This document shows positions 1 to 12,935 of a stretch of 64,000 nucleotides of DNA, in pieces. The DNA is from Eledone cirrhosa (lineage: Eukaryota). The notes under the pieces were generated by a model. That model saw only the letters and a list, made by a program, of their open reading frames with translations, was not told the origin of the DNA and did not search any database. The position numbers and the translations under genes are program-made. The stretch is from NCBI GenBank assembly GCA_964016885.1, contig OZ024740.1, positions 302,498,001-302,562,000 of the forward strand. Direction: 5' to 3'. Each line of letters begins with the position of its first letter. The first letter of the stretch is position 1.

Positions 1-1734
1 CCTTGGATATGCAGCCGAATTGATGTTTGTAATATCATTTTGCTTAAAACCGTCATGGTTTCTTTGCATTTAATACAGCATATAAGCGGTGATTTAGTGA
101 CCAAATATGTTCTAGTGCACACGTAATCTATACTCATATATGAAGAAGTAAACTAATTTTTAATGCAATAATCAAAAGCGTTTTTATGTTTTGTATTCAA
201 TTCACTTTTTAGCTTAGGAATTTAAATTCAGAAAAATACATTATAATCCGTTTTACTGCAAAGAATAATATCTTCCATTTTTTGTATAAAACAGAAGATA
301 TAATACGAACTAATGGAAACGTATTTCGTAAAGTGTAGCAATGTAACGAAATGTTTAGAATTATTATCTGATGTTTGATTTAATGTAAACCGTTAAGGAC
401 AACAAAAAATGTTAACATCTTGAATCTATGCTAATCTCTTTCGCTCACTGATTGAAATGCATTCTTTTCGTTGAAAACAAACAAATTAATGATTCTCGTA
501 ATCTCTACAGATTAGATAATGACTATGAACATACTTTTCAACTCAAATGGGAAAATATATTTATGATATCCACAACGGAATAAATAGAATGCACTGAAAC
601 AGCGTAATAAGAAACGAAATTTGGCTTATGTGGGTTCAAATAGGTGGTGAAATATGTGTAGTTTGTAAAAAGGAATTGGGCAAATATTAATTCCTCTTTA
701 CGTTTACTTGCTTTTATCCATAAAAACTATAATATATCCGATATACCCCTTTAATATAAAGGTGCATTACTGGATATGTAATATTGTTGCAATTGACACG
801 TATTATCTATTATTAGTCGGATGCAAGTGCTCACATACTACATTCACAATATTTTTACATACTGAGATTTAGTATCTGTTTTTTCTTTTCTTCCCACGAC
901 AAATAATTGCAGTTAAAAATAAAAACCCGATAGTAAACTGCAAGAATTGTAAGTAATATAGTAGTCCCTACATTAATTGTCCTTCATTAATACATTGTTA
1001 TTCTTGGAAGTATCTTACACCTATATTTCTAATTTCTCAATCAAGCGTTTTATTTTTCGGTTGGCGTTCTATCTATGACAATCGTTTATATTATGAGGCT
1101 CATATCAACGTATGGCTGCTTGCTTCACAGGCCTGTAAGTCGTAATATCAATGGGGAAAACACTTAATTCTTACAAAGATCAAAATGAGACAATCGTTGA
1201 TTTAGATTTATGAGATCAAATAGTCTGAACACAAAGGTTTTTCAGGGTGGATATGAAAATATAATTCGAATCTTTGTATAGAAATATCTTCTATTTTGGT
1301 GAAATGTACAGTGTAAGATTGATTAATTTAAAACTAATATACTGCTGTATTTTAAGTAAACACACATTTTCTACAAGACATTCGACTTGCTAGCTTTCAA
1401 GAACACTAAATTTGCAAGAAAAAATAGCTTTCACGCATGAATACGACTTAGCCTACACTATATATTTGCTCTCTGTCCTTTGCCATTGACATCAGTAGAT
1501 TGACTGATTACAATCTGTCACGCGTGCTATTGAACTATGGAATCGAGAATGAAATATGTTAAAGGTTCTACGTCAAAATCAATTACTCTCGATTTCAAAG
1601 ATAAGAGTGTGTTACACAGGGTCGAAGAAGCTTATATTTGAAGAACATACAGCCTTATTTGCAAATGATATCATACCTAACAATTACTACATATTGATAA
1701 TGGAATGCAAGAAATTCAAGCTTTTCTAAATTAT

Positions 1735-1942
1735 ATAAACCATTGGCACAAGACCAGCAACATGTCGGGAGTAAAATGTCAATTATATTTATTACGGTAC
1801 TTAACTGGTACATTATTTAACGACCTCGAAAAGATGAAAGGCAATGAAGATCTCAACTAGACTTGAACATAAAATGTAAAAATTCGTAATTAAATACTGC
1901 AAAATATTTTGTCCGACGCTCTCCTGATACTACCAATCTACA
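1735..1942 (-). mobile_element. Degenerate tRNA-derived SINE (same family as 8374/22202/56433)
   Basis: Diverged match to the family: ttggcacaagaccagcaa...aactggtac...gatgaaaggcaa...gtccgacgctct...gatactaccaat. Confidence 0.7.
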
Positions 1943-2069
1943 GTTTTATAGAATAAAGTAATAATACCATTTTGCAATTCGCATATATTTTCGAAATGAA
2001 CTTGAAGGAAAATAATTTGGAAAAGGGTCTAAATTTCTCACTTAAGTCATGACCTCGTAGTATGTTTAC

Positions 2070-2170
2070 CATGGAATGCCATTTGATAAATTAATTACAT
2101 CACACCTGCTTGTTATGAAAACAACAGTGATGACAACAACGAAAGCGAGAATAAAAAAGAATATTAACAT
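2070..2170 (-). CDS. Possible first coding exon of a host gene encoding a signal peptide or TM anchor (MLIFFFILAFVVVITVVFITSRCDVINLSNGIP)
   Basis: ATG at 2170 (minus), ~20-aa hydrophobic run, ends at a possible donor TG|GTAAAC at 2069; lies in non-repetitive sequence. No homology recognised and no downstream exon found. Confidence 0.2.
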
Positions 2171-3030
2171 TGCACATTCTGTAACAATATAGAAGCCGTC
2201 AGATTCCAGAAAGCGTGTCAACTGATTAATTAAAGAAAATACAGAAAGGAAAACGTCAATGTGTGTCCAATTAACTCGAGATTTTAATTTAATAACACGT
2301 GATTTAACAACCAATAACATTTGGTGTGCCGAAAAAAGTTGCTTTTTGCATAACATCGATGAATGTGTCGCTACAAACGGCTAGCAGTTCCACCTGGCTA
2401 TTTTCGAGTTTACTGTCTATCACAGTTGCCACTTAATGCAGGAGCGTTAATTAAATACCCTAACTTAATTAAATTCGTTTACAAATCCATATCAGACTAG
2501 ATGTCAACCTGTCACTCACATAAATTTCAACAAGTGAAATCATGTCTGCTGAAAACATAATTGACACGCTACCAACTCTATTTAGACGTGTCTACATAAT
2601 CACAACCAATGTTATAGCTGATATCAGTGACATTTAACATATAAGACTTAGAAAGATTGTACATTTCTAGAGTCTGTATATATAGATGTTTGGTTTAAGG
2701 TTTCTTCGATATCAACAAGATCGAACTTGTTATTATAAACACATAAACTGGTAATCTGTAAAGAGTTAAAACAATATAAAAGCAATTCAAATGAAACACT
2801 ATAATCATTGTGAATTACATACACTTTATTTGTAATCCATGTTAAAAAACAAATACTATTCAAATAGTTTAATTACTATAATGAGAAAACAAAAAACAAA
2901 TCCTTATCCACACAAACTTTGTGTTCTAAGTCAACAATTGTATTAGATATATATTAAAATGAATTTAGAATATGATTATACATGATAAATACATCGCATG
3001 TGCCAGTATTTAATATTTTGAATTACACAG

Positions 3031-3204
3031 ATACATACATACACATATAAACATACATACATGCATACATACATACATACATACATACATACATACATAC
3101 ATACATACATACATACATACATACACACACATACATACATACATACATACATACATACATACATACATACATACATACATACATACATACATACATACAT
3201 ACAT
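3031..3204. repeat. (ACAT)n tetranucleotide microsatellite
   Basis: Direct inspection. Confidence 0.98.
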
Positions 3205-5096
3205 TCATATAAGAACGGCACTAATTGAGTAAAATTATAAGTTACATCCCAAATAAAACATAAACCATCTATTTCACTATTTTCACTAACTATGGAAACT
3301 TTGGGATGTGAAGCAAAGTATAGCCATGTGTCTGCTACCAGCTTGACTGTAACATGGAAAGTTACTTAGTTCTCGAACGCATGTCTGTAAGCATTTCAAC
3401 AGATAAAATGAAAACAATTGATTTCAATGTAATACAAGTAAGTAATGTAATAAGTACGATTGTTAATTGAATATCTGTATGTATATATATATAAGAAAGG
3501 TAAATGAAATGAAGGAATCTAGCTGTAGGTGCAATGTGTTTTCTGTTTGTTATGTACTTAATGCTATTTGACGGAAGGCAATTTAGTAAAGGAAGACATA
3601 CAATTAACAAACCAGGCACAATGTCAATCTTACATAAATTATTGTAGTTCAGCCATATTAACCTTCGGCAAAGTATTGCTATGTGTTTGTTTTCTGTGTT
3701 CTAATTTTAGTTCTTTTATTTCTCATCTTCATCAGCAAATTAACTAAAGTGACAAATGTATCTAGTAGGAATACTCTATGCTACCCTTGATACACATTGA
3801 CTAACTATGAAGTGTATAATCAACTCAATATGAAAGCTATTGTAGATTATGTATTTAAACTATTCATTTCATGTATGTATAGAATTAAAGTTGTAGAAAA
3901 TTGATACTGCTGTTTAGAATTGTACTTTGTTATAGTCAATACGCCACAAGTCACTGAGTTGGAAAATAGTTACGTGGTACATTGGTGTAATTCATGCAAC
4001 GTGTTAACACACGGTTACGCTTGGTGTCTAGCAAATTAATATTTTGATTTCTCATATTTTTACGTCGTAAAAGTAACAACAGACGCCTAAAGCTATCCAC
4101 TTGTCTCCTAATCCTGAGCTATGTGATTTGTGAATGCAAACGTTTAGAATTATGCAAGTTAGTTTCACTATATTAAATCAATATCAGTATATTCTTGGTT
4201 TCCTTTTAACGAAATTAAAATATTCAACATGTTTACCGTTTCTAAAACATGGAATATTTACTATTTCTGAATATGGAATTCTTTAGATATCTTAAACAAT
4301 TTCGTATGTATAGGGAATTGCAAAGATGAATTCGTGATGTTCATTTCTTTCAATAGAGAAATATCGACAGAAATATAGTGAACTTGTAGAACTTAATAGA
4401 GTTTTAGTATATAAAAAATATTCAGAAACGAAAAAATATATATATAATAAAATGATAGAATATAATTATCGTGAACAAAGACTGTATTTTATATAATAAT
4501 TGAGATTTTAACGAAGTGGATATCGGTCAGTTTAGATATGAGGAATTTACAAATATATTTAATTGAGATTAGAAAAGGGAAGAGAAACCATCTCGTGATC
4601 TAAAGCAATAACAACACGATACGTTTTGCTGAAAATTATCTAAAAGTGCAATTTCTGTTTTGCTGACAATGTATTGAACAAAACTCACGGTATATGAGAT
4701 TATTTTTATTTCGATATTTGTCTTTTTTTAATCGATCAACATGTCTATTGAACATTAATTTCATCTGATACTATCAACAGGGGGAAAAATTGCAATGAAT
4801 ATTGATCCGTCTTGGTCTTTGTGTTGTATAAATGTAGAAATTAGTTTAGAAGGGCATATATTTTAATTGGTCGGCATCTGTGTGTTTTTCCTTTTTTTTT
4901 CGTGTGGGTGGGGAGTAGAAACTAAAACACATTTCCGTCCCTGCTAACTTTCAGACAATAAATATCCATTCATTTAGTTTAGAGAATATTGATAAGGTAC
5001 TTACTTTTGTTCCACTAACTGTTGAAATGGATAAAATGTCTGCTAAAACTGAATGAAAATAATAATGTAAGTGGTTTTGATTTATTTCGTAACTTT

Positions 5097-5110
5097 ATCA
5101 TCATCATCAA

Positions 5111-5146
<36 letters not shown>

Positions 5147-5183
5147 TATCATCATCATCATTCATTTTATTATTATTATTATT
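5097..5183. repeat. (ATC)n(ATT)n microsatellite
   Basis: Direct inspection. Confidence 0.95.
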
Positions 5184-5195
5184 TTTTTCTTTTTT

Positions 5196-7020
5196 CTGAA
5201 TTGGATGCCACGCTCTTTATCCTCCGTGAGTTTCAACAGTGCTTTTTTTAAAGTATTGTTGTGTAGGGACTTGTGATTCTTGCACTTGTGTTTCCTGAGG
5301 GTTGGTAACCAAACCGGCTCCGACCGATGTTGACTGTACTTTGCCATCCCCGTAGCAGAAATTTCAAAAGTGTTTTTCTTTTTTTTCTTCCTATTTTCGT
5401 TTTGAAAAATTCAATATTACATGATGGCGTCAACGACTTCGCTTTACTGTTCTCGACTATTGAAACAATTAGCAATAACAACGTCAATATCAACTTAAGA
5501 AGTGAAACCAGAGAGTTCAATAACACTACCAACATCTTTTACACCACAACCATCATTAGACAAAATTATTTAATATCACAGAAAATCACTGCTACCCCCA
5601 CCATCCTTATTAACACATTTACTCTTCCACTACGACTGCCGGCTCGATTTCTACCGAAGGCAGTAAAAACAACACAACAGCAGAGAATTTACAAGTTTTG
5701 CAAGAGTTTTGGAAAACATCATCATAAGAGACAAAAACTTTAAAGTTGCCACATATATTGTAAAGAGGAATTGGCGAAAGGTAAGCTTAAATACTCTATC
5801 CAATACACAGTCGTATACTACTGAATTGGAACAAATTCCTGAAGAAGTGTTAGAGGAAATGAAAGTGCAAAAGTGCATATGGGAGTACACAAGAACCATA
5901 TCACCAGGGTGGTAAAATATGCCGCAGATTTAAGGTTTCCTACAGAGGTGAATAGGAGGAATTACTCACTGTCAGTGAAAGTAGAGGCCAGAAGGCCAAA
6001 GTAATATTATGTGGGATTCGCTTAATGGCATTTTTCCACAACGAGTCACGAAAGATAGAAGGCATTTACTATTGCTCCGAAATGGTTACATAACTATGAG
6101 ATTGCAGCAACAATGGAAACAATAGCAGCAGCAGCTAATAAAACAACAGCAGCTTCACAGATCACCGCAACAACATCAATATAATCTCCAAATACAAGAA
6201 CAGCAACAACTGCAGCAGCAACAACACTAACAGCAGCAGTAACAGTAATAACGCCATACCTTTCCCAAAATCACCAACAGCAGCAACAGAAACATCATGG
6301 CCAACACCAGCATCAAAAACCATAACACCTATACAATACCTTATGGTATACACCTCCCTATGTCTCTAGGATATGTCATACAAATCCACAGCAAATCCCT
6401 CATATATGTAATGCAACGAGGGTGGCACAATATCAGAGAATTATGTGCCAGCAGATGGAAATCAAAGGTGTGAAAGGAAATAAACACAGCCTTGAAAAAT
6501 ACTGAAAAGAAACCTCCAATATATCCACAACATATATAAACACAAACATGTTCATACCCATACCAATAACAAGAATAGCAACCGAAATATGACCACAAAA
6601 ATCTTCTAAACGGCCATAAATACGAACAACGAAACATTACTGACTTACACCGATAAAGAAATATTAAACAAAATAACTATGGAACACCAAAGATTGTCAT
6701 ACTGACTAGGAAAGTAAACTCGTTAAAGCAAAATAAGACGTACATAATTGCCTACATAGATATACCGGGATCATCTGGGAAGAACGTCACTCCACGACCT
6801 CAGTTCAGTAGATATAGACATGGTAGCCATATTCATTCGCTCAGAAGATAAGTCGGTCTTTCTGGAAGTAAAAAGCAGCAATAACCATACATTCAAACTA
6901 GTAGACGTCTACGCTCCGACAGGTGTGCGATAGCAGAATCTTGTCTAAAGGCCTTCCCAATAAAGTCTCAAGCTACGGTGCTAGTGAGACATTGGAACAA
7001 CATCATGGATGCACCATGTG
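5196..7020 (+). pseudogene. Highly degenerate Tx1/L1-like LINE remnant (5'UTR, ORF1, start of APE endonuclease)
   Basis: ~5980 encodes VEARRPK (cf. VEGRRP before the ORF1 zinc knuckle); Q/T/N-rich linker; ~6892 FKLVDVYAPTG and ~6981 LVRHWNNIMDA match FRLVAVYAPTG and LAGDWNGILDA of the younger copies. Confidence 0.7.
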
Positions 7021-7346
7021 TCTATAAAACAGAGGTAAAAACTCGCACAAAAGACCATACGGTCATGTGCTTCGCCAAATAAATTTTACTTTATTTACCA
7101 ATTATCTACGTGCATCTGTTTACCTGCTTTCTTTCATTACTTGTTTATATTCAATATTTGCTTATATTCTTGATACGTGTTGTGTTGAATTATATCTTTC
7201 TAAAGACTCCTGATGACCTACAAGGAGTTTATATACTATGTGAATAATGTTAACTAATTATAACGGATTGGTGCATTGTTTGCATGATTATACTAGTTTC
7301 TCAAGTGTATAGAAACGATTGTAGAGATTAAAGATAGATTAGATTT

Positions 7347-7411
<65 letters not shown>

Positions 7412-8373
7412 GTGAAGGCTGGATGCTAATAACCTCTTTTATTGATGGATGCATAATACATACTTCTGTGGCCAATTAATCACGTCATCATATCATGACG
7501 TAATAGAATCTGCGACGTCATCATAAGGGATGAACATAATAGATATAGTTAAGTAATCCGTACTAGCGATAACAACGGTTGTTTGGCTGCCTGCATAACA
7601 TTATTTTTCTGTTCTAGCATTTGATGTGTGTCAGTAAACATTGCTTAAATATATCTATTTTGTTCATACCCTCTGATGGTGTCACCGATTGTATTGACTC
7701 ATAGCCTGATGTCGCAAATAATTGAACAGGCATATGGTGTATGCAACAATAAAAGACGTTGTAGGAATCCGGAATACAATGTGTTTCATTGAAGTATTTA
7801 CACCAGTGCTTTATTGATGATACACATGACGTCGAATGTTATTTTCTTATCAAAACAGAGACTGCTGATCGAAATGACTGGATCAGAAACGGAGCTACCT
7901 ACGTTAAACCATAAAATATACAGAAAACAAAATATATATATATCTCGAAACCTGTTGAAAATCAATAAATGCTAACAATATAGTGAATCAAACATCGATG
8001 GACTTTCTTGCAAATCTAATGAAGATATAATGAAATATGAATTATATTAGTGTTGAAAAATAAATCAGTTTAGTTAGATGGAGTCGTCTATTCGTTTATA
8101 TATTCTCACTGCGTCTTGTTTTGTGAAAAAGTACAACTTCCGATGTATATATACATATATATAATTTTTATATTTATTTCTCTTGAGAGAAAGTAAGTAA
8201 AAAATATAGAAATCTTTACTGAAAATTTCATATATCAGGACGTCTGGAGTTATGTTGAAAAACGAAGATGGAATTATTTATTTGTTTTTCGTTCGATGAT
8301 ATATCTTGTATCGTATTTTTTCTGGGGTTGTGTTCATCGTTTGTGCTTTTTTTCTGTATACATATCTAATAAT

Positions 8374-8559
8374 TGTTTCTACTTTTGGCACAAAGCCAGC
8401 AAATACCCAGTGCATTACTGGTACTTTATTTTATCGACCCCGTAAGGATGAAAGGCAAAGTGAACCTCGGCGGGATTTGAACTCAGACCGTAGAGGGACG
8501 TAACTATGCCGGAAAGCATGGCGTCCGACTCTCTACAGATACTGCCAATTCACCGCCCT
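8374..8559 (-). mobile_element. tRNA-derived SINE, copy 1 of a tandem pair
   Basis: Minus strand has A-box-like tggcagtatc..gtag, B-box gagttcaaatccc, core tttgcctttcatccttacggggtcgataaaataaagtaccag, 3' end agaaacaattatt; flanked by gtatacatatctaataat. Confidence 0.9.
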
Positions 8560-8578
8560 AGTATACATATCTAATAAT

Positions 8579-8800
8579 GGTTTCTTATATAGGCACAAGG
8601 CCAGTAATTTTTTTTGCGGGGAGGAGAAAGTCGATTAAATCGACCCCAGTGCGTGACTGGTACTTTATTTTATCGACCCCATAAGGATGAAAGGCAAAGT
8701 TAACCTCGGCGGGATTTGAGCTCAAATCATAAAGAGCCGTAACTCTATGATGCAAAGCATGGCGTCCGACCCTCTACCGATACTGCCAATCCACCACCCT
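8579..8800 (-). mobile_element. tRNA-derived SINE, copy 2 (longer variant) of the tandem pair
   Basis: Same head and core, plus an extra segment gcggggaggagaaagtcgattaaatcgac; flanked by the same 18-bp repeat. Confidence 0.9.
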
Positions 8801-9376
8801 AGTATACATATCTAATAATATGGGTGAATCTGTTTCTATTAAGTTTTGATTTGTGTGCCATGCCTACTAATGTAAAGGTTCTATATACATTTGAGTGTAT
8901 GTGTGAGGAGACAGAGAAAGAAAATTGAGAGACAGAAAGTAAGGGTATGTGTGTGTTTGTATGTATGAAGGTGTGAGTGTGGGTGTTTGTGATTGTGTGT
9001 GGGTGTATGAGTCTGGATGAATATAGGTGAGTGTGTGTGTGAGAGTCTGTGTATGTGAATGAGGGAGTGTGGGAGTGTCTATGTGTAAGCGTGTGTGTAT
9101 GGGGAGTGAGTTTGGATGTGTGTGTCTGCTTCTGTGTGAAGGAGACTGACGAAGGAAGAGGCCATCAAACCAATACCTCAGTTATGGTAACAACTATTAG
9201 TTACTATATTGTATTCAATATTAACAAAATATTGTCTTGTTATATTCATTCCATTTTCGACTGGGGCTTAAATCGATCTTTCTTGAAAGCATTCTTAATT
9301 ATTTCATGAAAGACATATATGTATTCAAGAGAATATTCCCTTTGATCAGATGTGTAGACACACACACAGAGACACA

Positions 9377-9497
<121 letters not shown>

Positions 9498-11191
9498 CCT
9501 CATATATATAAATATATATATAATATCCACCAGTGCGATCACACTATCTTGAAGATAATGTGATTTGCATTGTTGCATTGAGGCCAATGTATTATATATA
9601 CCTATATTACCGATGTTGATAAAAATACCATTGAAAACTAAAACCGCTCGTGTGTCCTGGTTTTTCGAAGCAATTAGACGAGAGAATATACACACGAAGA
9701 ACCCATGACCTGTCTATTCTATACATGTGCGTTGTTTATTTATTTCCTATTACGTTTGAAGACCTGAAAGCTAAATCATGAGATATAAACACTAATATCT
9801 ACACTTGACGCTCCTATCAAAATTTGACATATTTATCAGTAGCTTAATTTGACAGTGCTTTCTGAACGTGGATTTTACCACAATATAAATTGTACGGAGT
9901 TTTTTCTCTGTGAGCTCCTAAAAAATATTTTCTTTAATCGCCTGAATGCACATTAGAATATCTTATCCACCTCACCTATACAGTTTATTTCAATTCTCTC
10001 TTCGTTTTTAATCTTCTGTTGACTGATGTTTCCAACGTGTATTTGATGAAGCTGTTGCTCTTTACCTCGCGAGAAATGTTTTGCTTCTCTCTCTTTCTTG
10101 TCTTCGTACTATTGTGACTCAATTTTCGAGCTCTCTTGTAGAATATGTTATATAATTTCAGTATGCAGTATTTGTAATCTCTGCTCCAGGGTCTCCTTCT
10201 CCTTGCGTATGTGTTGGTCTCAGACTGTTGTCGTTCGACTGAGCGAAATCAGAGCTCAGTGACCAGATTTGAGGGCCCGACACGAGTAGGTCGACAAACT
10301 GTTATCTCTGCTCCGTAGTGTAAGACTTAAGGAACTCTTTCAGTTTACACATTTTGTTTTTATTTGAAACTGGAATATTTACGAAATCACTGAATCTGTT
10401 AAAAATACCAGCCAAATAACAATCTAATGTTTTGTGGAGACAATGATTCTAGTCAAGCATTACATTACTCGATATCTCTTCAAGGCGATAGGTTATGACC
10501 AGTATGTCAATTCTAACATATTCGGGTAAACTATAAAAACCTCGCTATATTTATATACCACTTTATTTAATTGTTTTCTGTTTTATATCTTCATTGCTTG
10601 ATGCATTACATTAAATATATAAATACATGAATAAATATATGACAAAATATTTCACCACGTATGTATGAATGTTTGTATGTATGTATCTATGCATGTAGGT
10701 ATGTATGTACATATGTGTGTATGTATATATGTATATATTTATGTTTATATGTATGTATGCATGTATGCACATATGTATGTAAATATGTATGTGCATATGT
10801 ATGTAGTGGCTACTACAAACGAAATATCATTGATCAGAAATGTCTGTGCTGACTAATGTGTCCTTTCCGCATTTTCTCTCTAACTTCATATCTGATTGAG
10901 TACCTCATTTACTTCGGTTACCCCAGATTTAACTCTGAATCAATCTATCTACCTATCTATCTTTATCTATCTATCTATCTGGGATGGACACACGCGTGAA
11001 ACTTGCTGGGTAAGTTCCGCCTAAATTTCCATAGAAATTCCTAACTGTAAACTTTCATTTTTGTACCATTTTGTAGAGGGACTGCCAGGGCAAATTTTGA
11101 TCTGGTCAGTCTCTCAAATTATTCTACGCCTTTAGGCGAAATAGTGGTGAAAAAAAATGTTATCTTTCGAAATATGTCCTACTTTGATAAA

Positions 11192-11348
11192 AATGATTGA
11201 AGCATCTTCACCAACATTCAAAGGAAGAAAAGGGAAGCTAAACTCACAGCTTCCCCCTGCCACTTTCACAGCAGCAAATGCCAAAGGCAGAGGTCAGCCA
11301 CCTGCTGACCGACAACTTGATGTAGCCACAACTATACAAGAAACTGAA

Positions 11349-11379
<31 letters not shown>

Positions 11380-12911
11380 GCAACAATCAAGACACAAAAA
11401 CAACAACAACATCAACAACACCACCAACAACAACAGCAACACGAACAAGGAAAATGTCTCCTTCGACCAGACTGTAAGGAAAACCCTCGACTATCTGCTA
11501 GTAGATATAAGCAAAGCTAAGGAGCTACTGGCAGATGACAAAAAATACGTAGTGTACGGGGAAAATGGATTATTTTCGATCCCCCCCCCCCCGGAACTAA
11601 AAAGCCGGAGACTCTTAAACACTGTGATGTTTAGGACAGTTTCAAACAAAACCAAAAAACCACCTCAACCATCACAGAGTGAGATAGAGCTGGTTTTAAA
11701 AGATGTCATGAAAGACATCACATTCATTCAGAAGGATAGACTCTATGGGAGTCTATCCATTCTCATGAAGGACAGGGACACAGCAGTGAAACTGTCAATA
11801 AAACCAATCTCATCCACCTCATACACCTTCTACCCGACGTACATGGGTAGAAGGACACAACAAATAAAAATTCACATCATCCTTCCGATTATGGACATAT
11901 GGTGGGTATTGACAGGTTTCCTGGACCTAGACGACGCCACATTAATATCCATGGGAAAGGCATCGGATGACGCGTTCAGTGGAACGGGCCTCGAACTTGT
12001 AGTTCAAATGAGGCCCGAAAGGATCGCTCAGATCCCTGAACGCGTCATACTGGATGATCAAACTTTTATTAACATTACCGTTGAGGGTAGGCGGCCCTCG
12101 TGTTACCACTGGGGAGTCAGAGGTCACCTGAGGGATGTCTGTCCTGAACTTAAAAAGAAAACTCCAATCTACACCACCAACAACTGCACAACCAACACAA
12201 TCACCACAACCACCACTACAAAAACAACAACAGCTCAAACCAGAACAAAACACTGTCCCCCCCCTCCACTAAAAAAACTCAATTTCCAAAACACCAGCAC
12301 CGCAAACACAACCCGAAAATCTACTCCTCCCCTCCAACATGGAAGACGTTCGTCATCAGACGAGGAGGAGCACTTCCACACAATCAAAAGAAAAAAAGAA
12401 AACACACCTCAGACACAAAAATGAATACAACCCATCCCCCAAAATAACACAGACACCAACACAAAAGAGCACACAACAACAGCAAACAAAAAACACCACA
12501 CAAAAACAAAAACATGCATACACATACATAAACACAGGAAATAAAAAACTGCTAAACATTGTATACAACAACAATTTAGTTAAAACCCAAGGGCCTAACT
12601 TCACCCAGGCAGGGGATTTCCCCCACCTAAAAATGATTAAGGCCCCAGGGGACACATATAAAACGCTAAAAAACAACTTTAAAGAGGACGTGCCCCTCTC
12701 CTACTCCCCCACCCACCCTGCGTCGGGCCTATTAACCGCGTCCTCCTAAAAAATTTCCCCACCCTCTCCACAAACACCCACACAACTCCAAACACCCCAA
12801 CCACACAACAGACTGATGCCGCTACACTTCCACAAACCACCACCCCACCCAACAACCCATCCCACCCTCATGGAAATTATGCAGCCCAATACCCGGGACG
12901 CAGAAAGGTAA
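11192..12911 (+). pseudogene. LINE ORF1 (nucleic-acid-binding protein with degenerate zinc knuckle), disrupted
   Basis: ORFs 11157-11477, 11552-12424 and 12339-12749; VEGRRPSCYHWGVRGHLRDVC knuckle; ends MEIMQPNTRDAER* at TAA 12909-12911; homologous to ORF1 at 16063. Confidence 0.8.
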
Positions 12912-12935
12912 GTGCCTTTTCTCTTCACCACCAAC

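Noticed and set aside
2976-3221. ORFs such as [20 protein letters not shown] and ERERER here and at ~9.2, 10.6, 28.3, 31.9, 52.5 and 55.4 kb
   Set aside because: Translations of stop-free microsatellites
12339-12749. A separate third ORF between ORF1 and ORF2 (also 17650-17838)
   Set aside because: Synonymous differences between copies (NRVLLK frame) show these are frameshifted parts of ORF1
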